Shown here one piece after another: positions 20,818 through 30,794 of a stretch of DNA of 64,000 nucleotides. The stretch spans positions 64,001 to 128,000 of the forward strand of contig CAVSBO010000016.1 in NCBI GenBank assembly GCA_963726195.1, given 5' to 3'. Numbering within the stretch: the first letter of the stretch is position 1; the number at the start of each line of letters is the position of its first letter. This DNA comes from Candidatus Thorarchaeota archaeon. Its GTDB lineage: Archaea; Asgardarchaeota; Thorarchaeia; Thorarchaeales; Thorarchaeaceae. The notes beneath the pieces are model-generated. The model had not been told where the DNA came from and did no database searches. It saw nothing but the letters and a program-made list of their open reading frames with translations. The translations under genes were made by a program, and so were the position numbers.

Positions 20818-21459
20818 ATGCAGATGATTGCAGCGGGCTACTGGTATTTTATCTTGGTAGCAGGTTTGGTGGTTCAAGGAGTCTGGATGCTATTTACCAG
20901 AAGAGGGCGTGAGGGGTACATCCGCAGCATTACCAACTTTCGAAAGCCCTCTTCCGCCTCAGAACGGTTCTACGGCTGGCATCTTTCAAGCCCGGGCAGT
21001 GCAGCGCTTGAGGGCACTATAATCGACAGTGTCATCATTCTACTGGTACTCTATGTGACATTCACATTTGCCGACATGAGCTATTTCGTAGGGGCTCTGC
21101 CAGTCTTGATTCTTGTCCTAGTACTGTCAATTGCAGGTCCGATCCAGACAGCCAGACGCGTCGGAGGATTGGTCCGCATCGAAAGAAAGCTGTACGACGA
21201 TATCGATACGGCACCAGACAAAGTGAGCCAAGTGAGAATGATTATTGATAACCTCCTGAGTCCGCTGCAGGTACCAGATGGACGGTACTGGTTTGCACTA
21301 TTCAGAATCGCGTTGAGACAGGACCCTGTTGGCTATTCTGCACGAGACGTGCTAATGGAAAAAGCGAAAGAGCTCGATGTTCTGGCAGAACGAGTGCGCC
21401 GAGGCGAGAGAGTTCCCATGAAGAGGATGGGCTCGGAAGGCGGCGCCGACATCGAGTAA
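20818..21459 (+). CDS. Hypothetical membrane protein (3 TM plus soluble C-terminus)
   Basis: Hydrophobic segments, coding-like composition. Confidence 0.7.
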   Translation: MQMIAAGYWYFILVAGLVVQGVWMLFTRRGREGYIRSITNFRKPSSASERFYGWHLSSPGSAALEGTIIDSVIILLVLYVTFTFADMSYFVGALPVLILVLVLSIAGPIQTARRVGGLVRIERKLYDDIDTAPDKVSQVRMIIDNLLSPLQVPDGRYWFALFRIALRQDPVGYSARDVLMEKAKELDVLAERVRRGERVPMKRMGSEGGADIE

Positions 21460-21545
21460 CAAAAGGATTAGGTACTCGACATCATCATTTAGTAAGTTTT
21501 AAATGGTGTCTGGCAAGAGGCCTCGAGAACTCACTCAGCGAGGAG

Positions 21546-21836
21546 TTGTCAATGCCGGCAAGGAAAGTCGTGAAAGGCCCCACGGGTAGTGTAATCAGCT
21601 ACCGAAGAGGAAAGCATCTTCAGCATTTTGGCCAAGTTATTCTGGAGTTTGATACTGTTGACTCGAAGGACGCAGCAGCAGCTCTTGTGGGCCGGAATGT
21701 CAAGTGGGTTGCACCCAATGGCATCGAGTTCCTCGGAAAAGTTCTAGGTGCACACGGCAACAGCGGAGCTGTCAGAGCAAAGTTCCGCACAAACCTCCCG
21801 GGGCAGGCTTTGGGGACTTCTGTGACCCTACTCTGA
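21546..21836 (+). CDS. rpl35ae: 50S ribosomal protein eL33 (L35Ae)
   Basis: SYRRG, HGNSGAVRAKFRTNLPGQALG. Confidence 0.95.
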   Translation: MSMPARKVVKGPTGSVISYRRGKHLQHFGQVILEFDTVDSKDAAAALVGRNVKWVAPNGIEFLGKVLGAHGNSGAVRAKFRTNLPGQALGTSVTLL

Positions 21837-21879
21837 GCAGAGCCCTCAACTTTTATCAGAGAATCATCAGACACTGGTA

Positions 21880-21953
21880 TGGCTCCGGTGATGATCTTGG
21901 CTATCTGAGGACATCCGTGCCCTACGACGAGTCATAGTTAGACTGAGGAGCCA
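21880..21953 (+). ncRNA. Box C/D methylation-guide sRNA targeting LSU rRNA H69-H71
   Basis: Terminal stem TGGCTCC/GGAGCCA; C box GTGATGA 21888-21894; D' CTGA 21905-21908; C' ACGACGA 21924-21930; D CTGA 21943-21946; guides antisense to TAACTATGAC and GTAGCCAA; upstream TTTTATCA. Confidence 0.9.
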
Positions 21954-21988
21954 CTTCCGCGTTGATAGCTTGAGGAACGGCTGACAGA

Positions 21989-22546
21989 ATGTGGTGTATT
22001 ATATACCTCGCACTGTACTGGTCTGCGGGATTCACGCTCAAGGCTGGAGATGACCTACTTGATGAGCTGAATCGACCTAATCTTGCTTGGTTTCCGTTGG
22101 GGCTTTCTGGTTTCCTCTTTGGCTTCATAATGACGCTCTCACAGTGGGATATGGTGTTGCTTAGCGCAGTAGTGATTGGTGTACTGCTGACTGGCAAAGT
22201 CAATAGGCCGCAGTTTGTGATTGGCTTCCTATTGATTGGAGTCATGCTAGTCGTCAGAGGCATACCTGTAGTCACTGACTGGCTTGAATGGTGGGGTCTT
22301 CTCGTGATGTTGCTGCTTGCGGCGGCCATCGATGAGGTGGGTCACGAAGCAAGGGGAAAGGAGACGAACTCAAACGCAGCTTGGCTCTTCAAGCACCGAT
22401 TCACTCTGAAGCTATCGGCCCTATTCCTCAGTATTCTCTGGCCTGAGTTCTTTCCCAGTGCTGTAGGCATATGGATGTTTGACTTTGGCTACGAGATTGC
22501 GGGGAGGCTCGCTAAGACTAGATCATCAGTCATGTTTGGTAAATGA
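21989..22546 (+). CDS. Multi-pass membrane hypothetical protein
   Basis: LKAGDDLLDE, GVLLTGKVN, AAAIDEVGHE, FDFGYE; about 6 TM. Confidence 0.75.
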   Translation: MWCIIYLALYWSAGFTLKAGDDLLDELNRPNLAWFPLGLSGFLFGFIMTLSQWDMVLLSAVVIGVLLTGKVNRPQFVIGFLLIGVMLVVRGIPVVTDWLEWWGLLVMLLLAAAIDEVGHEARGKETNSNAAWLFKHRFTLKLSALFLSILWPEFFPSAVGIWMFDFGYEIAGRLAKTRSSVMFGK

Positions 22547-23555
22547 GGCTACAGCAGACATCTTTGAAAACTGGCCTAAGACCAAGTGCCCGTCCGGCAT
22601 CGACCCCTTCTTGAGTGATGTATGCTATGCCGTTAACACCGCATTTGACAGCAAGAATGTCAGACTCAACCTTATGGGAACCCATCGGGCGGGCGCAGCC
22701 CAGAAGAATAGGCGTCGATTCCAGCCCGAGCCGCGCGACAGCCAACAAGCGGCCAACAACTTCAGCTGGCGGCGGCAAGAGATGCTCCATGGCTGTATTC
22801 CTTATTGGATTGAACACAATGAAGACTACTGCAGCCGGCTTGATCGATGAAATCATCTGTAATGCCTTCAGCTCGCCACTTAGTCGCCCGCGATCAAGCC
22901 CAACAAGGATGTGAGGAACAACAGGCACTCCTTGTTCCTCCAAGACTCTGAGAGATCGCTCTGTTTTCTCAGGGCCGTCCTCTACATGATAGACTTCTCG
23001 AGCTACTCTTGCATCGCCAACGACGTCCAACATCGCTGCATTCACATGTGCCAATGCCAAGGACTTGGCGGTGGCTTCATCGACAAGGCCAGTATGGACA
23101 ACAACCCTTAGTCCTAGGTCGTGCCTGATTGTCTGTAACACATCAGCATACTGCCCAATTGGCACGTGACCCATTGAGTCTGAACCGCCGCTCACAAGCA
23201 CTCCTTCGGCTCCATTCTTCTTCAACGTCTTACAACTTCTGAGAAGCGACTCAGGTGTCAAGGCAGGCTCCATTCCGTGAAGGAGATGCCCACCGCAGTG
23301 GTCACACTTCAGAGCGCAGCTGGCACCAGTTACGCTAAACGAAACAAAGTTACTCTGATTTGATTGTGCGTGGTCTTTGATTCTGTAAGGGTACCCAGTG
23401 GGACTATAGCACATCAGGTCTCGGCCAAAATGCTTTATCCTGATGTCAAAGCCCTCAGCAATGGCACTTTCAAATTCCGCGGCAGGCGCGGTCATCAGAA
23501 CAGAGCCATCGGTGAGAATGGAGAAGGTCATTACGTTGTCTCGAAGATGTTTCAT
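22530..23555 (-). CDS. Radical SAM protein (biotin-synthase-related); start uncertain
   Basis: SVTGASCALKCDHC, LVSGGS, VHTGL, VVPHILVGL, LGCARP. Confidence 0.88.
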   Translation of the reverse strand: MKHLRDNVMTFSILTDGSVLMTAPAAEFESAIAEGFDIRIKHFGRDLMCYSPTGYPYRIKDHAQSNQSNFVSFSVTGASCALKCDHCGGHLLHGMEPALTPESLLRSCKTLKKNGAEGVLVSGGSDSMGHVPIGQYADVLQTIRHDLGLRVVVHTGLVDEATAKSLALAHVNAAMLDVVGDARVAREVYHVEDGPEKTERSLRVLEEQGVPVVPHILVGLDRGRLSGELKALQMISSIKPAAVVFIVFNPIRNTAMEHLLPPPAEVVGRLLAVARLGLESTPILLGCARPMGSHKVESDILAVKCGVNGIAYITQEGVDAGRALGLRPVFKDVCCSLIYQT

Positions 23556-23649
23556 GCCAGTTGCTATTAGGGTATCGATGAGAAACGTGTGAAAACCCAC
23601 AAGTATAACTAACATGCTAAGCAGGCACTATCTAGGAGAGCTGAGAACG

Positions 23650-25101
23650 ATGGCCATGCCGTCAGGCGTTGAGACCGCAGGCATTGACTCCTTCTTCAAT
23701 GCAAAGGCTGTTGCGGTCTATGGAGCATCGGCCACACCCAACAGCGTAGGTCAGGCCATTCTTCAGAATTTCATCAAACCACAATACACAGGAAAAGTCT
23801 ACGCTGTTAACCCGAAATATCCCAGTGTTCTCGGAGTACCCTGTTATCCTAGTTTGAAGGAAATACCCGACCCAATAGAGATGGTAGTTGTTGCTGTGCC
23901 CGCCAGACTGACCCCGCGAGTATTCGAAGACATCGGGAACAAGGGAGCCAAAGCGGCTATCGTAATATCAGGGGGATTTTCGGAAACCGGACCGGCAGGT
24001 GCAGCCATCGAAGATGAAATGGTTGCCATCGCCAAGAAGTATGGCATCAGGATAATCGGACCCAATTGTGTCGGTGTAATAGACACTCAAACTCATGTCG
24101 ACTCGTTCTTCTTGCCGGAGTACCGCTGTGGAAGACCAAAGTCTAGCACGGTGGCAAACATATCATTGGTCTCTCAGTCGGGAGCGTTTGCAGCAGCAAT
24201 CTCTGACTGGACCTCACAGCTGGGAATTGGAATAAGCAAAATCATCAGCTTGGGCAACAAGTGCGATGTAGATGACGATGATCTTCTGTACTACCTTGGA
24301 GACGACCCTTCAACGCAGGTTATCTGTTACTATACAGAAGGTTATGATGAAGAGAAGGGCCGAACGTTCTTCGATACCGCAAAGACAGTGACCCCTCGCA
24401 AGCCGGTTCTCGTCGTGAAGTCGGGCAAGGGAAAGCGTGCTCGGGCTGCTGCTGACTCACACACTGGAGCCATCGCTGGCTCAGACCAAATCGCGGACGC
24501 AGCCTACAGGCAGGCCGGGATAATCAGAGCAGATAACTTCGAGCATATGTTTGACATGGCCAAGGCCCTTGCGATGCAGCCGCCCGCGAAGGGAGACAGG
24601 GTGCTAATGGTAACGAATGGTGGAGGGCTCGGAGTCATGACAATAGATGCGCTAGAGGCTCTTGGACTGTCGGTTCCAAGCCCCTCCCCGCAACTTGAAG
24701 AGAGATTCAAGTCCAGACTGCCCGCCTATTGTGCTTGGCACAACCCGGTGGATGTTGTGGGTGACACCGATGCCAGCCGATATGATGCTGTGTTCGATGA
24801 GGCAACAAAAAGCAACGAATACGACGTGTTTGTAGTTGGGATGCTATTGCAGACACCCTCCTTGGGCATGGATGTCACCAACGTGATATCCAACTATCAA
24901 CGCCAATCTGGCAAGCCCTTCGTGGTAGTGTCAATGGGAGGAGCCTTCACAACAAAGGCTGGAGAGATTATGGAGCTCATGGGCACTCCCACGTATGCCA
25001 CTGGAGAAAAGGCGGCAGTGGCTGCTGGTGCACTTGTGGCATATGGCAGGATTAGGTACGGCAATGAATTCATGCAAACTGCGGAGACTGAGAAAAGATA
25101 A
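23650..25101 (+). CDS. acdA: ADP-forming acetate/acyl-CoA ligase alpha subunit
   Basis: VAVYGAS, IIGPNCVG, SQSGA, LGNKCDV, SHTGAIAG, TNGGGLG, NPVDV. Confidence 0.93.
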   Translation: MAMPSGVETAGIDSFFNAKAVAVYGASATPNSVGQAILQNFIKPQYTGKVYAVNPKYPSVLGVPCYPSLKEIPDPIEMVVVAVPARLTPRVFEDIGNKGAKAAIVISGGFSETGPAGAAIEDEMVAIAKKYGIRIIGPNCVGVIDTQTHVDSFFLPEYRCGRPKSSTVANISLVSQSGAFAAAISDWTSQLGIGISKIISLGNKCDVDDDDLLYYLGDDPSTQVICYYTEGYDEEKGRTFFDTAKTVTPRKPVLVVKSGKGKRARAAADSHTGAIAGSDQIADAAYRQAGIIRADNFEHMFDMAKALAMQPPAKGDRVLMVTNGGGLGVMTIDALEALGLSVPSPSPQLEERFKSRLPAYCAWHNPVDVVGDTDASRYDAVFDEATKSNEYDVFVVGMLLQTPSLGMDVTNVISNYQRQSGKPFVVVSMGGAFTTKAGEIMELMGTPTYATGEKAAVAAGALVAYGRIRYGNEFMQTAETEKR

Positions 25102-25147
25102 AACGGACATTGGTCTGCGAATGAAGAGATAGAGGTCTGATGTTAGG

Positions 25148-25894
25148 ATGAAAGCTGCCAAGAAGATATTCGAGACTGCCCTCGCGGAAGGTCGGACCTT
25201 CATACTGGAGAGCGAAGCAAAAGACATCATGAAAGGGTACGGTATTGCGGTTCCAGCGTATGATACAGCTAGGTCTGCAGACGAGGCTGTCACGAAAGCG
25301 AAGAAGATTGGATATCCTGTAGTCCTCAAGATACTGTCCAAGGATATTCTTCACAAGTCTGATGCTGGAGGGGTCAAGGTCAACCTGAACGACGACAGCC
25401 AAGTCAGAAAGGCGTTTCAGGAGATTATGGACAATGCTAGAAAATACGGCAGCGACAAAGGCATTCAGGTAGATCTCAGCCGTGGAGTTCTCGTCTCGGA
25501 CTTCGCAGATCAGGGCACCGAGGTCATCATAGGAGTCACACGTGATCCTCAGTTTGGGCATGCCCTGATGTTTGGCCTCGGAGGGATCTTTGTCGAGGTA
25601 CTGAAGGATGTGACTTTCAGGCTCATACCAATGACTGAGTCCGACGCGCGCGAGATGGTAGGTGAAATAAAGGCAGCGAAAATACTGGATGGCGTTCGTG
25701 GTCAGCCTCCTCGTGACGTAGACGCGCTAGTGAATGTGATAATGGCTATCTCAAGGATGGTGAAAGAGAACCCTGAGATTGACGAACTCGACTGTAACCC
25801 CACTTTTGTTTATGACAAGGGAAAGGGTGCACTTGTCGTAGATGCACGGATACTGATTGAGGGCCCAAAGACTACGGAGAGCCCTGCTCACTGA
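25148..25894 (+). CDS. acdB: ADP-forming acyl-CoA ligase beta (ATP-grasp) subunit
   Basis: GYPVVLKI, HKSDAGGV, DPQFG, FGLGGIFVEVLKDV, ELDCNP. Confidence 0.93.
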   Translation: MKAAKKIFETALAEGRTFILESEAKDIMKGYGIAVPAYDTARSADEAVTKAKKIGYPVVLKILSKDILHKSDAGGVKVNLNDDSQVRKAFQEIMDNARKYGSDKGIQVDLSRGVLVSDFADQGTEVIIGVTRDPQFGHALMFGLGGIFVEVLKDVTFRLIPMTESDAREMVGEIKAAKILDGVRGQPPRDVDALVNVIMAISRMVKENPEIDELDCNPTFVYDKGKGALVVDARILIEGPKTTESPAH

Positions 25895-27087
25895 GCATTT
25901 GGTTCAGAGACATCAGACCTTTCTTCAGATCAACATCTCGAAGAGGCGAGTCAGATAGAGGTCTCGTTCCACTCGCCAGCAGCAAAAGTAGTGAGACCAA
26001 CCGGGGGACCAGTCTTGAGTACTGGAGAAGGAAATCATGGCTCCCGGCTGTGTCAATGATTAGTCCCTCAAGACGCCTTGTCAAAGAACTAATCCTTTCG
26101 CCCATTTCGTCAGAGAAGCGCAGACTCTTGAACAGCTTAGCAACTGCGTTCTCGTCTTGAAAGAGGGACGATTCTACACCTGCTTTTTGAAGCGTCTCGA
26201 TGGCCTTCATTATCATAGGCTCATAATCGCTTTCCTCAATACCGGGTGCGCCTTTCCCAGCAGCTGCAGACTGGGCAAAGAAATCGAAGCGAGTTAGTGA
26301 GCACAGCACGAGAGGCTCCCGAAGTCAAAGCTGCGACCTTTGCAAGGTTCTCTCCGTGCAATCTTTCAAGACGTGCTGCCACTGAAGAATCAAGTTTGCG
26401 CTCGAATCCTGGAGCCACTGTTATTCGTGCAATTCGTGGGAGCTTCGCGTTGGTCCCAGCCTTTCTGACTGCAGTCAGAGCCATGAAATCGTCAATCGGA
26501 ACATAGAACAAGAGAACCCGAACTGTATCATGTGCGGCCTCGAAGTCGCCTTCTGAAACAGCGCCCCGGCCTTGGCTCTTACAAACGAATCCGCTTAGCA
26601 GAGTCCAGATTGATTCGAAGCCTTCACAAAGTGCCTGTCGCGTTCGACCATCTGCAATTCCATGCTCAGACAGGAACTGTGACAGCTTCTCGGTCGAGCT
26701 AGTAATCCTGCCTGATGCGTCATTGCCAAGCTGAATATCGGCAATGGATTTCAAAAAATCGCGCGGGTCTCGCGATGGTGGCCTCGGAATAATGGCAGGT
26801 TCCTTTCTTGAGATTATCCACCATTTGGACGTGGACGTGAAATGATCGAGCAAGTCCACAGCCATCTCGAGATTGCTCACATTGGCAATAGTTCTTGAAC
26901 TCAAGAAAGCAGTAAGCCGGGAGAAGAACACAAGGAATCTTGTCAAGTGATCAGATATTCTTAGACCCGCAAATGAATCGTTTGAGAACCGACTAACAAG
27001 TGGAGAGATGTGCCCGGTGATTTCGTCAGCTAGGCGAACCTCAACTAGGCCTCGATATACCTCAATTGGTTGCCGGACCAAATCCAT
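25872..27087 (-). CDS. Hypothetical all-helical protein with four internal repeats (frameshift ~26280)
   Basis: Joined ORFs 26236-27087 and 25872-26309; four ~90-100 aa repeats resembling AAA+ lid domains. Confidence 0.7.
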
Positions 27088-27239
27088 GCGTTCTCCTAGT
27101 CAGTCGCTCATAATCTGACGCTGCGAATGAGATATGTCAGATCCTGTTCAATCGTCTGTCGAAAGACCGGAGACATATAAAAGACTGTGTCACTGAAACA
27201 TCCTCAGATTGGGGCTAGGGTTCGCTCCACACTGATCTC

Positions 27240-28007
27240 TCACTTGCCGAATCGGCGCGATCGCGTCTCGTACGAACGGAGCGCTCGCCAGATGTCAATC
27301 CGCCTTATGGCAGGCCAGTATATTTGCACGAAATAGAGCTCAGAATAGGCTGATTGCCACAAGAGAAAGCCGGAAAGCCTCTCTTCGCCGGAAGTCCTGA
27401 TAATCAGGTCAGGGTCCGGTACGCCGTTAGTGTACAGATGGCTTTCGATAACATGCTCATCAATATCAGTTGGAGATGTCTTGCCTGATTTGATTTCTTC
27501 TCCAATCGCCCTGACTGCATCAACGAGCTCACTTCTTCCTGAGTAGCCTATCGCAACATTGAGGATATGGTCGCTGTAGCTCTCCGTGTCGGCCTCAGCC
27601 TTATGGATAGCATCACGTACATCAGGGGGAAGGAGATCCACACGGCCAATCGCCCTAATTCGGACTCTGTGCCGTTTAACATCTGGGTTCCCCACAACAT
27701 CAGCAAACTTCTGTCGTGCGATGGTCATGATCTCGCTGACTTCATCTCTGCTCCTTTGGAAGTTCTCTATCGAGAAGGCATAGATCGTGCATACCTTGAC
27801 ACCCGCCTCCCAAAGAATGCGAAGTACTTCCATGACCTTCTGGGCGCCTTTGCGATGCCCAATCCACGGCACATCGAATCCGTGTTCCTTCGCATATCGC
27901 CGATTACCGTCAAGGATTATGCCCACATGCCGAGGGGCCTTCTCCTTACTGAGTTGACGATAGAGCCAGTATTCATACAGCCTGTAGACTGGTCCGGCGA
28001 GATTCAA
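27240..28007 (-). CDS. uppS: cis-polyprenyl diphosphate synthase
   Basis: HVGIILDGNRR, YAFSIENF, PDLIIRTSGEERLSGFLLWQ. Confidence 0.97.
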   Translation of the reverse strand: MNLAGPVYRLYEYWLYRQLSKEKAPRHVGIILDGNRRYAKEHGFDVPWIGHRKGAQKVMEVLRILWEAGVKVCTIYAFSIENFQRSRDEVSEIMTIARQKFADVVGNPDVKRHRVRIRAIGRVDLLPPDVRDAIHKAEADTESYSDHILNVAIGYSGRSELVDAVRAIGEEIKSGKTSPTDIDEHVIESHLYTNGVPDPDLIIRTSGEERLSGFLLWQSAYSELYFVQIYWPAIRRIDIWRALRSYETRSRRFGK

Positions 28008-28079
28008 CCAAATGCACGACCTTGGACTGCTGACGGAAACAGCCGCTCATAGACTTAATGCTAGAACAAAAAGCTGAGA

Positions 28080-28460
28080 CTAGATGAGCTCTGCAATCTT
28101 CTCGGCTGCCCGCTTCATGTCTAGAAACACTAGACCGAGCTTTGCGTTGGCCGTGGTTGACACGGTAAGGCAAGCATTCATGCCTGCTTGGATCACTAGC
28201 ACCCAGCCGTTGGCGCCCTTGACGTTTACCTGTTCGAGATTGCCTTTTCCGAGTTCAACCGCTGCCTTCTCGCCCAGAGTCAGCATCGCAGCCGTAATTG
28301 CTGCAAGCTTGGCTTCATCGACATCGGTCGGCAGGGCTGAGACAATAGGGAGCCCTTCGACACTGACTATTGCACAAGCCTCGATTTCGGGAATGCTACC
28401 TTGTAGTTCGTTCAGGACTCCATCGAGTGTTTCGCCCCGCGACTCGCTCATCAGACTCAC
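28080..28460 (-). CDS. Roadblock/LC7 (MglB-like) protein
   Basis: IEACAIVSVEGLPIVSALP...LGKGNLEQVNVKG...AKLGLVF. Confidence 0.92.
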   Translation of the reverse strand: MSLMSESRGETLDGVLNELQGSIPEIEACAIVSVEGLPIVSALPTDVDEAKLAAITAAMLTLGEKAAVELGKGNLEQVNVKGANGWVLVIQAGMNACLTVSTTANAKLGLVFLDMKRAAEKIAELI

Positions 28461-28470
28461 CTAAGTGCGA

Positions 28471-29064
28471 TTACTTGTACATTCTCTTAAGGATGACTTC
28501 TCTTGCTATGGCTTGGAAAGCTCTCTTGACACCTACACCTTGGACGGCGATAGTCTCATAGATTGGTACATTCCCGCCGAGCCCGAGAAGGTCGAGCATC
28601 TCATCGCGGGACATACGGTTGGGCAAATCACGCTTGTTCAGCATAATTACGATTGGCGTATCGCGGCCCAATGTATCCCCGAGAAACAGCTTCAGCTCCT
28701 CAAAGCTCTCTACATTCTCCTCTCTTTGATCAGGCGACGAGTCTGCAACAAAGAGAATTCCGTCAGCGCCCTGCAGCACGACCTTCCTTTGATGTCTGTG
28801 TCGTTTCTGGCCAGCAACTGTGAAAACATCGAAGAGAACACGGCCTCCCGCACTCATAGGTACGTAGTCAAAGAACAGAGTACGATTGGTCTCGTCTTCG
28901 ATGGCTGTGAACTCCCCCTTCTGAAGACCTTCGACTTTTCCATAGAGCCAGCGAAGTGCTGTTGTCTTGCCGCCTAGGCTCGGACCGTAGAACACAAGCT
29001 TCAGATGAATCCGGCCTTTGTCGTCCTTGCGCACTTTCACACCTCGCTGTTGGGTTATTGTCAT
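28471..29064 (-). CDS. MglA-type small GTPase
   Basis: GPSLGGKT, RTLFFD, TVAGQ, GADGILFVADS, NKRD. Confidence 0.92.
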   Translation of the reverse strand: MTITQQRGVKVRKDDKGRIHLKLVFYGPSLGGKTTALRWLYGKVEGLQKGEFTAIEDETNRTLFFDYVPMSAGGRVLFDVFTVAGQKRHRHQRKVVLQGADGILFVADSSPDQREENVESFEELKLFLGDTLGRDTPIVIMLNKRDLPNRMSRDEMLDLLGLGGNVPIYETIAVQGVGVKRAFQAIAREVILKRMYK

Positions 29065-29734
29065 GAAATCCTGCGTTTCGGAGATGGCAGCAGGATTACT
29101 TGACCAATAGTATATTACTTGGCTGGTGGATACCGCTTGGGGTCCAAGAATCGAGCACCAAACCCCGAGCTTGATATCCCGTGTCGGGATGCGGGCTGAT
29201 TTTACATTCTACTCTCATAAAAGCCTTTGGCGTTCATTGTAAGTTGGACAGACTCGAACATTCCGCGTTTGTCCATGCAGGAACGACACCGGATACTTTA
29301 ACCTGAATGATGTTGCATGCAGCATTGATATCTACATGGATATGTGAGACTCAGTGCGTACAATAGAAACAGTCGATTTCTTTCTTTTCTGTTTCAGAAG
29401 CTGAAGCTCCTGCGTGAGTGTCGTTCCGCCTGTGGATGAGCCGATTTTGAAGTCAGGGATTTCAACCATGCAAAGGAGCTGATTTCCGGCATCATCCCCG
29501 AGAAGTTAGTGAGCAGAAGTGAACCAGAAGAGAGAATGAACCGGTTTCCGAAGACGCCCGAATCAGTGGAGAACAAAACCAAACGCGCAGAATCTATTTA
29601 TGGAACCGGACCTCTGCGATGGTGCTGACACTATTTGTTCTGGCTTTGGCAGATCGTGCTTGATTCAAACTCTGGATGGAAGGCATAAAAGCATAGATTC
29701 GGAACGAGGCAGTGCGCAAGAGGAAGCTTCCAGA

Positions 29735-30589
29735 ATGCGAACGGTAGCAATAGTGACGACCAAGAGCCTCTATCGCCCAGGTGATTCCGTCGAGGGTCAG
29801 CTCGTCGTCAACTCTGACAAGGAGTTGACGTTCAAAGAGGTATCTATGACCTTCACTGGGAAAGAACGTACAGAGATTGTTGTGCAGAGGGGAAAGATTA
29901 GAGAGAACTGCAAGTTTGAACATGTCTACTTCACTAACAAACAGTACATGGCGCTCAGAGGCATCATGCCTACGGGTGAGACCAAGTTTCCGTTCAGTTT
30001 CACCCTGCCGAATGATGTACCGAGCAGCTATTCGGGAAAATACGCATGGAATGAGTATGCGCTGAAGGGGATAGTGGAAATCTCGCGATGGTTCAACCCG
30101 AGTGACGATATAATGCTTCAGGTGAGGAGACGAATGCCAGAGCCTGGCCGCGAAGTCCGAAGCCAAGCAAGGACCGAGCAAGGTTCTACCATCTTTGAGG
30201 CCGAAATGGAAAGAAACTGTGTCTGCCTTGGCGATTCAATCAAGATAAGATACAGGGTTGCGCGTGACGTGAAGACACGCGGAGTCCGTGCAGAACTACT
30301 AGCAGAAGAGCAAGTTATTACTCTGGAAGCTAGAAGAGAAAATAAGAGAACTCTGGCAAATGAGTTCATAAAAGACCGTGAGATTCAGAAAGACCAGTGG
30401 ATGAACCTCGAATTCAAGACTGATGAATCTATGCCAGTTAGCTTTGAAGGACAGATATTCAGGAATAGGAACTCGGTCAAACTCACTCTCGACGTCCCCT
30501 GGGCACCCGACAAGTCGGTTCTTATGCCCGTTATGCTGGGGTATTGCACGCGCGATTCTGAAGGCGTCAGAACAGAACGATGTGCATGA
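29735..30589 (+). CDS. Arrestin-fold protein (alpha-arrestin/Vps26/SpoOM-like, two beta-sandwich domains)
   Basis: YRPGDSVEG, FTGKE, GETKFPFSFTLPNDVPSSYSG...EYALKG; second domain GDSI...MPVSFEG..VKLTLDVPW. Confidence 0.82.
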   Translation: MRTVAIVTTKSLYRPGDSVEGQLVVNSDKELTFKEVSMTFTGKERTEIVVQRGKIRENCKFEHVYFTNKQYMALRGIMPTGETKFPFSFTLPNDVPSSYSGKYAWNEYALKGIVEISRWFNPSDDIMLQVRRRMPEPGREVRSQARTEQGSTIFEAEMERNCVCLGDSIKIRYRVARDVKTRGVRAELLAEEQVITLEARRENKRTLANEFIKDREIQKDQWMNLEFKTDESMPVSFEGQIFRNRNSVKLTLDVPWAPDKSVLMPVMLGYCTRDSEGVRTERCA

Positions 30590-30794
30590 CAACTGTTGAC
30601 AGTGCCCATTGATGGAGCGCTGTCAGGCAATCTGAAACTCCCGCCACTCATTGCGGCCTTTGCAGCCGCTCTCTTCATGCCTCACAAGTTCTGCTAAGGC
30701 CTACTGCACAACCAAGAACGGAACGGCAACGCGAGATACGTAAACGGCTACGTGTGTCCGACGCTGTTTGATTCTATGGCATCTCCCGCGTACC

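Noticed and set aside
27105-27150. ATCTGAC/GTCAGAT inverted repeat
   Set aside because: Only 7 bp and isolated; no supporting signal
30597-30630. Hairpin after the arrestin-fold gene
   Set aside because: Best explained as an ordinary 3' structure between convergent genes
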